Shown here piece by piece: positions 46,070 to 60,659 of a stretch of DNA of 64,000 nt (positions are counted from its first letter, which is position 1; each line of letters starts with the position of its first letter). The notes under the pieces were generated by a model that made no database searches, had not been told where the DNA came from, and saw only the letters and a list, made by a program, of their open reading frames with translations. The stretch comes from the human T2T-CHM13v2.0 reference genome, Homo sapiens. A program made the position numbers and the translations under genes. Location: the NCBI RefSeq assembly GCF_009914755.1, contig NC_060935.1. One strand, 5' to 3'.

Positions 46070-46245
46070 ACATATATATTATATATTTTATATATTATAT
46101 ATTTTTATACATATATAATATATATGTATTTTAAATATATTTGATTATTATATGTATTTTATATATATTATGTATATATACATATATATATATTATGTAT
46201 ATATACATATATATATATTATGTATATATACATATATATATATAT
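46070..46245. repeat. (TA)-rich simple repeat
   Basis: Imperfect TA tract. Confidence 0.85.
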
Positions 46246-46258
46246 TCTGGTTCTGTAA

Positions 46259-46384
46259 CTTAGGCTGGAGTGCGGTGGTGCAATCACAGCTCACAGCAGC
46301 CTTAAACTGCTAGGCTCAAGTGATTCTTTTGCTTCATTTTCTCACAGAGCCGAAATTACAGACGTGAGCCACTGCACGCAGCCT
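46259..46384 (-). mobile_element. Monomeric Alu (FLAM/AluJ-type)
   Basis: GGCTGGAGTGCGGTGGTGCAATCACAGCTCAC…GTGAGCCACTGCACGCAGCC. Confidence 0.75.
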
Positions 46385-48087
46385 ATTAATTCATGTTGTT
46401 GATAAAAGCATAAGAATTATCTTTATTATAATTAAGAAACAGAATATCTTTAAGGAAATATTATATCTTTTAGGAAAAATAAAATCTTCAGTAGTTGTAG
46501 ACTCCTGTGAAAACCACCGTTACCAATAGCAATTTTCTGTATGTGTATATAACACATACATATGTAAATATATATAATATATACATGAATTTTTTCATAT
46601 TTGGCAGTCATTTAAGAAATTCTTTTACCATATAAATTCTAATTTATATTGGTAAAAGTGAAATCAGTAAAATTTGCTGTTTAGTGAAAACTTTGTTTAG
46701 CAAGTTAAATGAAGCTGCAGAAAGTGTGAATTGGATAATAGATATAAAGATATGTCAAGAAGGCTTCACAGATGGACAAATAGAGGTAAACTAGGAGAGT
46801 GATAGTGACATAAGGAGGATGAGAGTATCATGTATGTCCTTTATAAACAGCATAATGTGTGATTGACTGTAGCACACAGTAGAGCAAAGTAGAGAAGATG
46901 AGGAGAGTACATATTCAAGGGTATAATGTTTGATAATTTTTTCAGAGTAAGCAAATGAATTGAATTCAGGAAGCCAAACAATCCCCATTTGGGATGTATA
47001 AAACATAAATTTACTTTGTTTTGAATGTGTAAAACAATATATTTTGGCTGATTTTTAGTATTTCTCTGTTTTTGTTGGCTGATTCATTATGATGTGTTTA
47101 AGCTTGAAACCACCACCGAAGATGAAGAATCTCTTAAAAGCAGCCAAAGTAAACTGTTTCATTTTGAGGGAACACTTAATAGAATGACAACAGACTGCTC
47201 CATAATCATAAATGTAAGTATAAGACAGTGGACTAACATTTGTAAATTGTCAAAAAATGTGACTGCCAATACAGAGATGAATATGGATTGGAAATACCTT
47301 TTACATAAGAGGATAAAAGGAAGATCTTGTCACATAAGTATAATTTAAAAAAGGGGGCTTTATACCCTACTAAGGGCTTCTAGAACAGTACCCATGAGAT
47401 CTACTTGAAAGATAATTCCAACACCTCTGCCACATTTGAATCTGGCTTTATTAATTGCTTTTTCTCTTAACAGTGTGTCCTTTATTTACCTTTTCTGTTT
47501 CAGTATAGGTCTGGTAAGTTTTACTCAGAAAGTGAACTATGTAGAGTAGAACTAATATAGAAAGCAAAACCTGCATGTGTTCCCTTTTACTAGGCTGTAT
47601 GTGTATGTTTTGAGGGAGAAGGTTGAATCAATCTAGTCAGGAGTTGATTTGGTTTTGAGACTTGTTCTTAGAGTTAATTCCAGTGCACCATAAGTTTCCT
47701 GCTCATCTAGCATTACTTTGTGTTTTGGATTGGACTGGTTCAGCAGCTTTTCTCAGTATCTGCTGTATCCTCAACTTTAAGTTTCCCTCCAAATTCTGCT
47801 CTGTCCCCCAGAAGGCACTGCTTTGCTTCATGGTTGGAACTATGGTTCCATGGTTGGAACCTTCTTAATGATCCTGTCCAACTTTCAGGTGTAGGTCTAA
47901 ATCTTCCACATATTTTTTCTTTTCCCCTTTCCAAAGTTCAATTAGTTTTACCAGCATTGCAAGGGCAATGGCATTCCTTATATTTCCCTTTGTAGTTTTA
48001 GGGTTTTGTTACACAGGGGAGATGGGAGGGAAATACAGGTCTTAAAATGTGATATTCTCTGAATCTCTTCACAGACTGTAAAACAAA

Positions 48088-48458
48088 TGTATGTGGCACA
48101 TATACACCGTGGAATACTATGTAGCCATAAAAAGGATGAGTTCTTGTCCTTTTCAGGGACATGGATGAAGCTGGAAACCATCATTCTCAGCAACACAACA
48201 ACAGAAAACCAAACACCACATGTTCTCACTCATAAGTGGGAGTTGAAAAATGAGAACCCATGTACACTGGGAGGAGAACATCACACACTGGGGCCTGTCT
48301 GGGGTGGGGAGCCAGGGGAGAGATATCACTGGGATTACTACCTAATGTAGATGACGGGTTGATGGGTGCAGCAAACCACCATGGTGCGTGTATAACTATG
48401 TAACAAACCGGAACGTTCTGCACATGTACCCCAGAACTTAAAGTATAATAATAAAAAA
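48088..48458 (+). mobile_element. L1PA (about PA7/PA8) 3' end
   Basis: GGGACATGGATGAAGCTGGAAACCATCATTCTCAGCAA…CACATGTACCCCAGAACTTAAAGTATAATAATAAAAAA. Confidence 0.92.
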
Positions 48459-48570
48459 GTTTTATGTCTTAATGTTGATGTTAAATTATCATAAATTAAA
48501 TTATATATATATGCATTTGAAAAAATTAGGCAAAACATCAAATTCATTTATTTCAAACTTCGTATACGTT

Positions 48571-48576
<6 letters not shown>

Positions 48577-48613
<37 letters not shown>
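48577..48613. repeat. (TA)n microsatellite
   Basis: Perfect TA run. Confidence 0.9.
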
Positions 48614-48618
<5 letters not shown>

Positions 48619-48859
48619 TTCTTCTGCCTGAAAAATGCTTATAATTTCTCTCCTTGATTGCAATCCTTCCTCTATCTTATCCTGGTTAATTTTTAAGTTT
48701 CCTAACCATTACATGCGAAAACATTATTCAATATTCTAACTTCTAGCATCAATTAATGGAGTTCACAATTTATCTAAATAAAACACTGTAATATAACATT
48801 TGTGTGTTTCAAATCTTTTCTTAAACTTCTCTTTGAAATTCATTAACTTGTTGCATTTC

Positions 48860-49670
48860 AGTGTTATCTCTGTTTTGTAAAATTCTTCTGTACGATGAGA
48901 TCACTATTTAGCAATTCTACTGTTGATGAATATTCATTTTGTCTCCAATTTGGAGCTACTAAAAAAATTGCTGCAATGAAAAACATTGTGTTTATTTTGA
49001 AATACACATAGGCAGTCTGAGGAATATATTTTAGAATTAGAATATCTAGCCCATAAGGAATGCTCATAGTCAGTTTGCCAAAAAAGTATTTCAGTTTACA
49101 TCCCTCCAGCCATAAATAACTTTCATTGATTCTTTATCTTTCACAACACACTACATTATGTGTCTTTAAATTTTCCTAATTTTTATGGAGGCCTGTAGTT
49201 CAACTTATGGATTAATTTTTATTATTCTGAGGACTAATAAAAGTAATCCCTTTTTCATATTGGTCCAGATATTTATGCCTCCAATTTTATGAAGGGCCTG
49301 TTCAAATATTTTCCCAATTTTATATTAGGTTCATTTTCTTTTATTTATTACATTCATTAATCACATGTATTATATTTTATTGCATATATGTTGGGATAAA
49401 TATTTTTCTCCACTCTTGGTTTGCATTTTAATTCTTGGATGGTATATTTTGAAACACAGAAGTCATCATTTTTTATGTAAACTAACTAAATTTCTCTTCT
49501 TAATTGGTCCTTTTTTGTCCTGGTTAGGAAATCTTTCTGTGTGAGAATATTTTATTGTGTTCCCTTCACCTTCAGAACATGAATCCATGTGGAAATGCAC
49601 TGTGTATGGTTTGAGGTAGGGATCAGTATTCAGTTATGTCCATTTGAACATTTAATTGATCCAGCATTGT
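48860..49670 (-). mobile_element. Old L1M(E)-type fragment
   Basis: CTGTTGATGAATATTC…CTCCAATTTGGAGCTACT…GCTGCAATGAA and CCTGTTCAAATATTTTCCCAATTTT, typical antisense ancient L1. Confidence 0.55.
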
Positions 49671-52600
49671 CCTGATCCCCTTGTAAATTTCACTGTGGAA
49701 CAGCAGTCTAATAATGCATGAGCATTTTGTATATAAGGTGAGATTTACAAAGATAAGCCCAGCATAGGATGTCAAATAAGATTACCTCAAAGAATAGGTT
49801 CATAAACAAAACACATGGATAAGTATAATATTGTTAGATGAAGAGAAAGGAAATATTTCCAGGTTACCATTGAGTCTTTTTACTCCAAGTTTCTTCATGA
49901 AGCCCAAGATCTCTACTTTCTTCCACTGATTTTAACTTCATTTAGACAACTCTGTCATCTATTATTTCACTTTGTGACATTCAGAAATAATTAAAAACCA
50001 GAGAATATATTCTATGCCATACATCATGGGTAATGATTTTCCAAAAATGATTTAAAAAGGAACCAATACACATGGTTTTAGTGTTTTCACCATATTTAAT
50101 AGAAACACTATAAATGAGTTTTGATGACATTAGAATGCAACTAAAGACATAAAATATAACTTATTTGTTCTGTTTGATGAGGTGTGAAGAAAAGAGGGCT
50201 TTCTGGGATAAACAGGTTCCAAGAGCACATAGACACATTTCTGACTTTTCTCTGGTCAGAAGTGACTACAGCAAAAGATAGGCCTGAGAGGAGGTGAGAA
50301 GGAGCAATTAGGGATGGTGTATATCAGGGAACTTTGATCAACATCAACAAAGCTCATGGTTCTACCTTCACAATCCAGGAATAATCCCACTGTGCTGGTA
50401 GGTCTTGGAACATATTGCACCACAAGTGGGGAGGTGGTAAAGAGACTGCAGTGAGTGTCCTCCTTAACACATCCAAGAAGAAAGAGTCCCTCCTCTCCAT
50501 CTATCTTGTCATTCTGTCTCTTCTCTTTCCAATAATTGTTACAGACACCAAAAGCCCAATTCCAAGAGTCCCCCACGTGAACCTCCCAATAATATTTGCC
50601 AGATGTGAAAGTCTGAGCCCCCCATACAAGAAAACATTCAGATTTTGCAGTGATATCGGGATCATCTTGAGGGTCACATCCAATATTCATGCTTCTCAAA
50701 TCTCCATACAGGAAGATATGACTATTGTCCCTTTCAGGCTGCAGAGTAAAATCAACTGCAAAAATAATTTTTTAAAAATATAGATACATGTAATTAATAG
50801 AAATTAGAATTCTTGAGGGAAAAGTTGTTCTACCAAGAGTTTACTTTACCAAGAAATTTGAAGTTCCAAGGACAGGAGAACTGTGACTACAACATTTAAT
50901 AAAGTATAAGGATGATTAATATTCTCTATAGGAAGAACAAAACCCTAAAAACAGACATTGAAAATTTATTGAAAACTTAAAAATTGAGAGTCAAATATAA
51001 GACCAGCCTGTTTTAATCCAATCTCCTATGTGAAAGTGAAATATTTTATGCCCTGAATGCCCTTTAGCTATCAAGGTCATTATTATTAAAATATTTCTTG
51101 TTCTTAAATACTAGTGGCATAATTCTGGCAGGAATGGGAAGATTTTAGCTTACTCAAGCACCCCTCTAGATAACTGGATAAAAGTCCATATGTTCAAATT
51201 ATAAGTGGTAACTTAAGGCAGATTTTTGCAAAATCTTCTACTAGTCACTTTGCGGACATCCCTGCTAGCTCTAGACTGAAACCGAATTTTGGATTTTACA
51301 CGTAGCTCTTCATGTTGTAACTAAACTGAAATTATTATTTCCATGTTTACTTCCTATTTACATAATAATTTCTTCTTTCTTTTTACATGTTAAGTCAAAA
51401 TTTTACATTATATCAACAATATATATTTATTGTAAGAAAGTACAAATACTCCAACAAACTGCAGTGAACTCTATTCCCCAATGAAATGTGTTTAATAATT
51501 CAAATGAAATACAGTAAAGAAGTGTAAAACTTTTATGTAACCTTGGATTACTACGCTTCCTTCTGAGCATTGTTCCATTTATTCAATTTTTTATTTCTTA
51601 TGTCATTCCATTTACCCAATGTATAATTCTATCCATGTGAGCCCAGAACATATTTGTTTTTCACTATGTTGTACTCTTCATGTTATAATTTGGACTATAA
51701 ATAGAAACACAGATATAAAAGGGTTGCATCGTCATATGGTTCACTTCCTGCTGAAATGAAATAAAGATTTGATGAAGGGTAAAATATTACCCCCATGATT
51801 CTAACAAGAAGTAATACACTGTGGGAATTCTGCCAATGGGCTGACACTCACCTCTGAATCTCTTGAGCCTGTCCATCAGTCCAATGATGGGCCCTGCACT
51901 GAAATCTGGATTCACAGGCTCAGACACTTGCAGCAGCAGAGACTCATACCTGCAAGGAGAAAGATAGAGTTACCACATCTACAGCCAAAAAAATACATAA
52001 AAATCACCACATTTATTTAAAAGACATTTCATGAGAATCCCTTTAATCCACACATTTGCTAATTCCAAAATTATCATTCTTTTTCAAATTCATTCTTATT
52101 CACAGTTCCTCATTTTCAAGCACGATGGAAAAGTCTCTCTGACAGAGAAATTCATTCGGATCTTTCTTCGTATTGCTCCAAATTAGTAAGGATCATTAGT
52201 CTCAAGACTAGGAGAATATTCCAAAATGAAATTCTGGGTTCCAGACCTCACCAGAAATTCCTGAAATCACTGTCTGGAAAAGTGGGGTTATTTTTAAGAC
52301 TGCTGTGTCTGTTTCTTCCTTCTCAAGGCCAGGGTATTGAAACGTGCTCCAGGCAGGGAGATCTGCCTTTTATAGTTGAGGTTCTCTGGAGGCCTACACG
52401 GCTCAAACATTCCGAATAGTTTGTTTCATCTATTTTTCAGAATTATATATTTAAATATAAACTAGAAATCATCAACACTTTTCACTGCTAAAATACTTTC
52501 CCCTTTTCTCTCTGGCTTCCCCTGGTTGACTTTGTAGCCATGTAGTAAATGTAATATTTTCTCTTTCAAATATGAAGGCTTTTGAGCAATAAAAAGGAAA

Positions 52601-54459
52601 TTAGGAATAGAGATGCTCACTTCCTTTATTTTCTTTCATTTATTTATCTTTTGTTCTCTTTCTTTTTTATTTATTTATTTGTTTATTTATTTATTTATTT
52701 ATTTATTTATTTTTGGTTTTGCAGAACTTTCATTGAACTGCTTAATAAAAACACTGGCAACAAAATAGATGACTACATGGGGTGGGGGATGGAGAAAGTA
52801 CAACCAGCACAAGGTAGTATCAATATCTGAATCAATTATACCTTCAATATCAAAGTTCCTGCTTGATATTTGTGGAAACTGAAAACATCTGCTAAAATCT
52901 TGGTATGCACTCACCTTTGTAATATGTCTCCAAAAGACTGTAAAAAAGAAAAAATAGAAAGGCTTAGTGCTTTCCACAAGATGCATCTTCAACTAAGTGC
53001 ATTGTGAGTTATGGAGACAGTTTCTGAAGATATTATTTTCCTACAATGTTCCCTCCTGGAAAGCATTTTCTGTTTCTTTTCTCATGACAATCCCAGTCTA
53101 TCATATGTCATGAATTAATGTCCTGATAAAGTCTAAGTCTTGAAGACATTCTCTTTACAAGTGAAGGGAGAGGAGGCCCACAGAGTCCATGCTCTGCTGT
53201 AACCATAAAGAAGCTACTCAGCCATCTACCCTAAGCCCTGTTACCAAAATGAGTGGACCCCAAAATAATATTAGTGTGATCCTAGATTCCCCAACTTCTC
53301 CATCATGACATGTCTCCAAATTAGCCTAAATGCCAATGAATCACTTCTCATTTTATCCACTTTCAAAAATCCTAAATAAATCACTGACTTTTGATGGGAA
53401 ATATTTCTTGGGGCTGTCTGTTACCTTGGTCATTCCACAAAGTTTTGTTGCTGGTGGATAAAGTAGGAGGGACCTTCGTTCTGGTAGAATCACTAGGAGA
53501 GGCTATACCCTCCCAACCAAGTAGCATTAGTTATCAAATCGTGTTTTTGGAAACAAATCATGGAAGTAAAGGGGGAGACGGATTTCAGGAGAGAGGAAAA
53601 ACACCCATGCACGTGAATCTTCATCATCATGATACCCCATGGTCAGTTCGTACTAGAGTAGCTCCACATCTGCTTTATGGCACATTTTCTTCAGATCCTC
53701 ATACATTCCTCTTAAAAGCTCCCTGGAATGTTCCATTCTGGCTTTGCTTTCATTGAGTTGCTGAAAAATGTCCTCGCCCTCCTTTCACAGCCTCTCCAAA
53801 TGTTGTTGTTTTTCTTCATGGAGAAATGCAGGCATCTTCTGATATTCAGCTCTGATTGCTTCTATCCTTAAACTCACATAATCCTGCAGTGACAATTAGT
53901 CAAAATAGAAATGTTTTATCCATCTTCTCTTGAATTTCACTGATTCCTCTTAGCATTCTGAAAACCCAATATTTTAATCCTCAATCTTGTTAATTCTCAG
54001 ATTCCACAAAATTTTATTCCTTTCCTTTTTTTCTGTACTAATATCAACATAGTTGTTTCTGCCCAGTTACATTTACTTGATTAATGATAAAATGTTTTCT
54101 AAGATAGTTATATAAAAATGGATTTCTCTCTTTCACACCACATTTATAGAAAGAAAACACAGTTCTTGCTTAAGAATCAAACTATTGAGTTATATTGACT
54201 AGGTAAGAAACCATTATTTCTATTTTGGAGAATTGGGGCAAGTTATGTAAAACCATTATATGACAAATGATGACATGACCCAGACTAGCATTGTCAACTC
54301 AATGCATTTCACCCAGCATAACATATTCTAATAAGGTTTCATTTATTCTCTTCCAAACTCACCCTAATTGGCAACATGGACTTCTTTGTGGTTCCTCAAA
54401 GCCCCAAATAAATGCAAATTAAATATTACTGCACATGCTGTTTTCTATACCTAGAATTA

Positions 54460-54635
54460 TTTTCATATATATATACATGTTTCTCATATATGTGCTCATA
54501 TATATATTTCTCAAATAAAGGTATATATGGATATATGAGGAATATATACATGTATGTGTGTGTATATATATGTTCCTCAAATATATCCATATATATATAT
54601 ACCAACACCCAGATACTCATATATATTCATATATT
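54460..54635. repeat. TA/CA-rich low-complexity tract
   Basis: catatatatatacatg… intronic. Confidence 0.7.
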
Positions 54636-57151
54636 TATGAGGAAGAGGAAGGTAAACAGGAGGATATACATATTTCCTCCTGATCAAGATTTTGTTTCAG
54701 TGTGAATTTTTCCATGAGCCTTTTTTTCTGACCACCCTATTTAAAACTCAAACCCTCATCCCCAGTCCCTGGCCTCTGTGCTCCTTTGGATTATTCTCCA
54801 AAGACACTACTACACTCTAACACATCATGTACTTCACATATCTGCATGGTGACCATTTGCTTTTCTCATTTCCATGGCATGATTTGTGTGTTTTCTTTCT
54901 TCTTTACACCTTAATTTTCTAAGTTGATATTTGACATAGACTAGGTACTCATAAAATATCTTTCAATGAATTAATATTAGAATAAATTAATGAAGTAATA
55001 TTAGATATCATACCCTCAATATAAACATCCACAAAGAGAAAATCATTTCTAGAATTCTTCTCAAGTCCTTAGACTTCTCCTTATATTAAATACTAGTTCC
55101 CATGTTTCTCACATATTTCTGTCTTCATCAAGACACCAGTCTACATTTCTCGCCACATTTCCCGTTATGTGTTATGACTTATTCAATATTAATTAGTGCT
55201 GATATTTCATTTCATGCTTTCCCTAAGGTTGCACTCTTGCTCCTTCTGCCTGAAATTTAGCTCACATTTCAATGTACTTGCCCACCAGGATTCAAATTCC
55301 TACTGACTCAGCCTTAGAAGGGTCACCTGAAATTTCCATGACTGACAAATAACTCTTGTGTCCAGAATTTATCCAGGCAGCCCATTGGGAACAGTGTGAA
55401 ATGGCCCAGTTTCTTGTATTTGTTGGGGTATTCCTATAGGTTTGTATGGAAACAGATGAGCATGCTTGGGTAACATCTGTGGTCTGATTAGAAATCCTAC
55501 CAAAGAGTCACACTAACTTATATAAGCAATTAGGGTGTTTTTTTCTCAAGTGTTTTTTCCTTGTTTATTGAATTCCGGAAAGGTTATGGGTTGAGATCAA
55601 GTTCCGATTTTAAGAGTCACCCATTTGTTCACTATAAGTTCCCGGAGAAGGTAGAGTAATACGGTACTAACCTTCCAGCATCTTGTTCTGGTGGTTTCCA
55701 TGTTCAGGTTTCTGAGATTTTCACAAGCTTTTTCCCACAAAGACTGCATTTTTTTTTAGGAGCTCCTCCTGAAAAAGAGCCATGAATTGAAGCACAAGTG
55801 AGGACAATAAAGTATCATTCACACTCTCATATATGAAGGACCCCAAATGAGAGACAAATTAGCCCACAGAAAATAGAGTTTGCTTTGTTTCTCCTCATGT
55901 TTGTCAAACGTGAGAAGTGTGAAGTCAAGGAAGCTCATAACAGACATGCTTAAGGGGACACAGAGATGGCATCATCCAATCTCCAAGGAAATAGACTTAC
56001 AAGAATTTCATGTGTCCTGTATAGAAATAGATCTTCAGAGGCATCACTTACCCGGCGTTCCTCAGCAGCCCACTCAATGGGACAGTGTCTGTGATTCCGG
56101 TGCTCCTGAGAGTTGGAATACAGCAAACAGAGCAGGCTCTTGTCCACTTCACAGAACATCTTCTTTGTCTCTCTGTGCATCCCACATATTTGCTCTTCAG
56201 AGCTAAGGAATTGCCGGAGGCTGGCTTTTCTGGCAATGGAAGCCATGTTCTTCAAACAAATGTCAGTGTTGAGGTTTCTCTGCCATGTTGTCTCCTTGCA
56301 TTTAGAGCACTGAGCAACAACTGCCATGTCTTGCCAGTTGAGGTAGAAACAGGGCCGGCAAAAGCTGTGCCCACAGTCTATGGTGACTGGGTCTAGGAAG
56401 TAGTTCATGCAGATGGGACAGGTGAGTTCCCTCTGGAAGACTTGCAAGATTCCAGAATTCATGTTTCTGAAGAAGAAAGAGCAGCATGTCATTTTGGGGT
56501 CTGGCTTGGTGAAAATCTGTGAACATGTGGTGATACGTGATAGCTATATTTTCTTCTTGACAGTGCTCATTAAAGTGGAACAAACTATTTCCTCTGTAAC
56601 AAAAATGAAAAATTCATACACGAAGAGAGTCTTCAGGCTTTTTAGCAGACACTACTGACTGGATGACTCACAACCTCTTCTACTCCTAGTTCCTGCCCAT
56701 AACATAATGCAAACCTGTTCAAAAACCTATTCCCTGGATGTCGATATGAAACTCGAGTTTTAATCTTAAGTGGTCTAGAATAAAACCTGCTTGTCCCTAT
56801 TTCTCTTTCAAATAACTACTGAATGACTATGGGAGAGGAGTAGAAAACCTACATTGGGTAACAAAACATGAGAAGATGGTCCGAGGGCGCTATGACATAT
56901 TTTTAGAGAGAGAGACCCAGAAGCCGGCTCTTTAAAACAAAAACAACCCCAGAACAAACCAACCGACCAGATAAACAAAAAGACAGCAATTAAACCAGTC
57001 TAGGATCACAAGGAGATAAAATAAATAATGAAAAATATTGGGTTTATTTTTCTTATGGCTTAAATTAACTTCTTTTTGGGCTACTCAAACTATGAACTGA
57101 CATATAGTCAGTTTTTTAAAAACTGAAATATATACAGTTATATTACTATGG

Positions 57152-57714
57152 TATTATGGTTAATTTTAAGTGTTGACTTGACTGGACTAAATAATACATG
57201 GAGAATTGGTAAAGCATTATTTCTGGGTGAGTCTGTGAAGGTGTTTCCAGAGAGACATGTAAGTTGGTGAGCTGAGTGAGGAACAGCAGCCCTCAATGTG
57301 GGTGGACACTATCCAATCAGCTGGTAGCTCAGACTGAAGATAAAGGGCAGAGAGAAAGCAGTTTCCTCTCCTTCTCTTGAAGCTGATTCTAACTCAGCCA
57401 GGAAATCGGTATCTCCAGGACACAACATTAATGACAGCCTATGTTCAACTTCTCAGACTTCATAATCAAGGGAACAAATTCCCCTAGTGGACTTCCTCTC
57501 CTGTACAGTGTCATGTGTAGAGTGAGGACAGATATATGATCTGAGGGACGCATTAGACAGTCTCGTTATTGTTTGAACATCATAGGGTATACTTACACAA
57601 ACCTAGATGGTATAGCCTACTACACACCTATGGTATATAATATAGCATATTGTTCCTAGGCTACAAACCTGTATGGTATACGAAGGCAATTGTACCACAA
57701 TTGTAAGTATTTTT

Positions 57715-57764
<50 letters not shown>

Positions 57765-57812
57765 TGAACACATCCTATGGTTCTGTCTCTCTGGAGAACC
57801 CTGACCAATACA
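57152..57812 (+). mobile_element. MLT2B-type LTR with Tigger3a fragment (~57506-57717) and (TA)n (57718-57760); paralog of 20603-21684 lacking the Alu
   Basis: …ATGGTTAATTTTAAGTGTTGACTTGACTGG…GGAGAACCCTGACCAATACA; ACTTACACAAACCTAGATGGTATAGCCTACTACACACC. Confidence 0.78.
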
Positions 57813-58772
57813 AAATGTAATCTTTGCCTTGGCAGTTTGAAGTCCTTTACCTTACTCTCTTTTACTAAACACTGCTGAATTTAAGTGCCAACAGTGAAAA
57901 TTTAAGAATTGCAAACATTTTTCAGAGGTCATCTGAGCCATTTCAAGGAATTTTTCATAGTTTCATCTGAGGTAAGCCTCAGTTAAAATGACAACTAGTA
58001 TCAAGTATCAAATCATTCCTTATACAGTTATCTGCTAAACAATTGTGTTTTGATTTCTAAGCTAAGGTATTTTTGGGAGCATTCTTATTTCCTTTAGTAT
58101 CACCATTTTTAACTCATCATTGCCTCAGTAGCTTAAAATCATGTCTAAAAGCTTCAGGTTATGAAAGCACAACATTTACAGTATTCAATAATTATCCTTT
58201 TTTACTTAATTAAGTGTAGCAATATTAGTACATTCAGTACACATATATATGTTTTAATGTGAATTCCATATATTCATGATTCATACATATATATTGCAGC
58301 AAACACTAGATATCTAAAATTTTTCAAAAATATATTAAACACTTTTGGAACATACAAAATGACAACAATTAATAACCTCATGTCATAAAATGAATAGCAA
58401 TAATATGAGTTACAAATAAGATCATTCAGTAAGTTTAGACAGTTAGATATTTTTATCACTGTAATTTACTATTTTAAAGGAAGAGAGAAGTAATTTTCTC
58501 CATAGAAGTTGCACTCACCCCAAGGTTCTATGAATGTTTCCTGCAGTAATTCTTCCAAGAAAAAATTCTTTTAAGTACTCCCCAAGATCAGGAGCTCATT
58601 CCCTGCTGAGTTGACTTTCAGAGGTCATCACCTGAACGCAGTTAACTCTAAGTGCTGTCCTCCTCTGGAGAAATATGAGCTTGTCTCTTCTACATCCATT
58701 TAGGTGAATCTTTGAAGACCACAACCACCTATTTAGTGATATTTAGGGTGTTAAGAAAGGTGGAGACAGAGA

Positions 58773-58825
58773 TGATTAGGTTTATGCAATATTTAGTACA
58801 TGCCTTTTCATCACTGATTAAATTA
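58773..58825 (-). promoter_or_regulatory. DUX4-type motif pair upstream of the TRIM51-type pseudogene
   Basis: TGATTAGGTTTA (58773) and TGATTAAATTA (58815) are identical to the TRIM48 promoter motifs, with the same 42-bp spacing. Confidence 0.7.
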
Positions 58826-58974
58826 GCATCACACTATCATTGTAAAAACCACTGCCTGAATGAGGCATATCTATCATCAATCTTATCAGAGTAAACATGC
58901 TAGAAATTGACTGAAATTGATTAATGCTGTTTCCTGAATTTCTTCCAAAGACACAAGCATTCCTCTAAGTGCAC

Positions 58975-59138
58975 ATTTATTTATTTATTTATACCAAAGA
59001 AAGTTTCAGCCTCTGGAGTGCAGTGGCGCAATCTTAGCTCACCGCAGCCTTGAATTCCAGGGCTCAAGTAATCCTCCCACTTCAGCTTTCAAAGTAAAAA
59101 AGACTAGAGGTTTATGCCATTGCACCTAGCTAATTTTT
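58975..59138 (-). mobile_element. AluJ right arm (paralog of 19146-19433), truncated at the linker
   Basis: GGAGTGCAGTGGCGCAATCTTAGCTCACCGCAGCCTTGAATTCCAGGGCTCAAG…TAGCTAATTTTT. Confidence 0.8.
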
Positions 59139-60659
59139 CATTTATTCATCAAAAATATTTTTAAAATTCTTAGGTGATTACATGTGTTACAGTGACCAGC
59201 TGGATTAGAATTAGATTAGGTTTAAAACGATGGAAGAATCTGGAAGAGGGGGCAGAGTGTTGGTTGTTAATTAGCACATGGATCAAAGGAGATTACTGAT
59301 GTGTTTAGAAGCCACAACATTGACAGAATAAAAGCCGGAACTAACAATCCAATGGTAAATCTCTTTACTGTGGTATTTTCTGCCATTTCTGCTCCATAAG
59401 ACACACCTTAAGCACTTTGTTGTGGTATCCCCAGTATTCTATTTTAGTCTAAATAGCATTTTCTCTCAACTGCGCTCTATTTCTCTGTCCTTCATCTTCC
59501 CTCCCTTCTTCCTTCCAGCTGTATTTCTTCACTAGAGAACACTAGTAGAATGTTCTCCCAAATTTCAGATTTCAGATATGCATCTGTAAAATGATCTTAT
59601 GGAGACACATTTTAGTTGCTACTGAATACTTGGTTGTTTTCATAAGTTCACAGCATTACTACTGTCCTCCAAAAAACGGTTTCCCATTTCCACAGCTAAT
59701 CTCATCATTGACTCTGCCATCCAAGTTTATTCTATGCCACTCTGGAAGAATCTGGAAAAATACTTAAAATACATTTTAAGTATTCATCATGCACATGTAT
59801 TGTATTTTATTTTATATATGTTCGGGTGAATATCTTTCTCCACTAATTGTTTGCATTTCAATTCTTGTATCATGTTTTTTGAAACACAGAAGTCGTCATT
59901 AATATAAACCAACTAATTTTTTTAATTGTTAATTTTTGTCCTGGTTAAGAAATCCTTATGAGAATATTGTATCATGTTCCCCTTACCTTCAGAACTGGAA
60001 TCTATTTGGAAATGACTGTGTGTGTTTTGAGGTAGGAGTCAATATTTAGTTATTTTTTAAAATTCAATTAATCCAGCATTGTTCTGACCACCTTGTGTAT
60101 TTCAATGTAGAAGAGCACACTAATAATGCGGGATTATTTATCTATGTGGTGAGAATTCCAAAATGAAGCCCAGCATGGAAGGTCAAATAATATTAACTCA
60201 AAGGATAGATTAGTAAAATGAAATGTGATGGATAAGTGCAGTATAGTTAGGTAAAGAGAAAGAAAAACATTTCCCAGCTATCATTAAGACTTCACTCCAA
60301 GTTTTGCATGAAGCAAAAGATCCCAATTCTCTTCCATTGATTTTAACTCCATTCAGACATGTCTGTCATCTATTATTTCACTCAGTGGCATTCAGAAATG
60401 AAGAAAAAAACCAGAATATATTTTATGCCATGATCATGAATAATGGTTTTTCAAAAATTAATAAAGAACCAATACATATACTTTTGGTGTTTTTACCATT
60501 TTTAATAGTAACACAATAAATGAGTTTTAATAACATTAGGAGGCAATTCGAGACATAAAACAGAACCTATTTGTCCTGTTTGATAAGGCACAAGGAAGAG
60601 AGCTTTCTGGAATAAAGGGGTTCTCACAGCAGATGAACACATTTCTGATTTATCTCTGG

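Larger units (their letters stand above)
50256..58680 (-). pseudogene. TRIM51HP: TRIM51-type unprocessed pseudogene; exons ~58680-58519, 56466-56052, 55768-55672, 53883-53654, 52937-52915, 51949-51852, 50755-50256
   Basis: TRIM51-specific peptides ([35 protein letters not shown]). Lesions: +1 A in exon 3 (9 T at 55749-55757), TGA at 53787-53785, exon 4 one nt short, B-box C>Y. The symbol is assigned from its position next to TRIM48. Confidence 0.85.
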
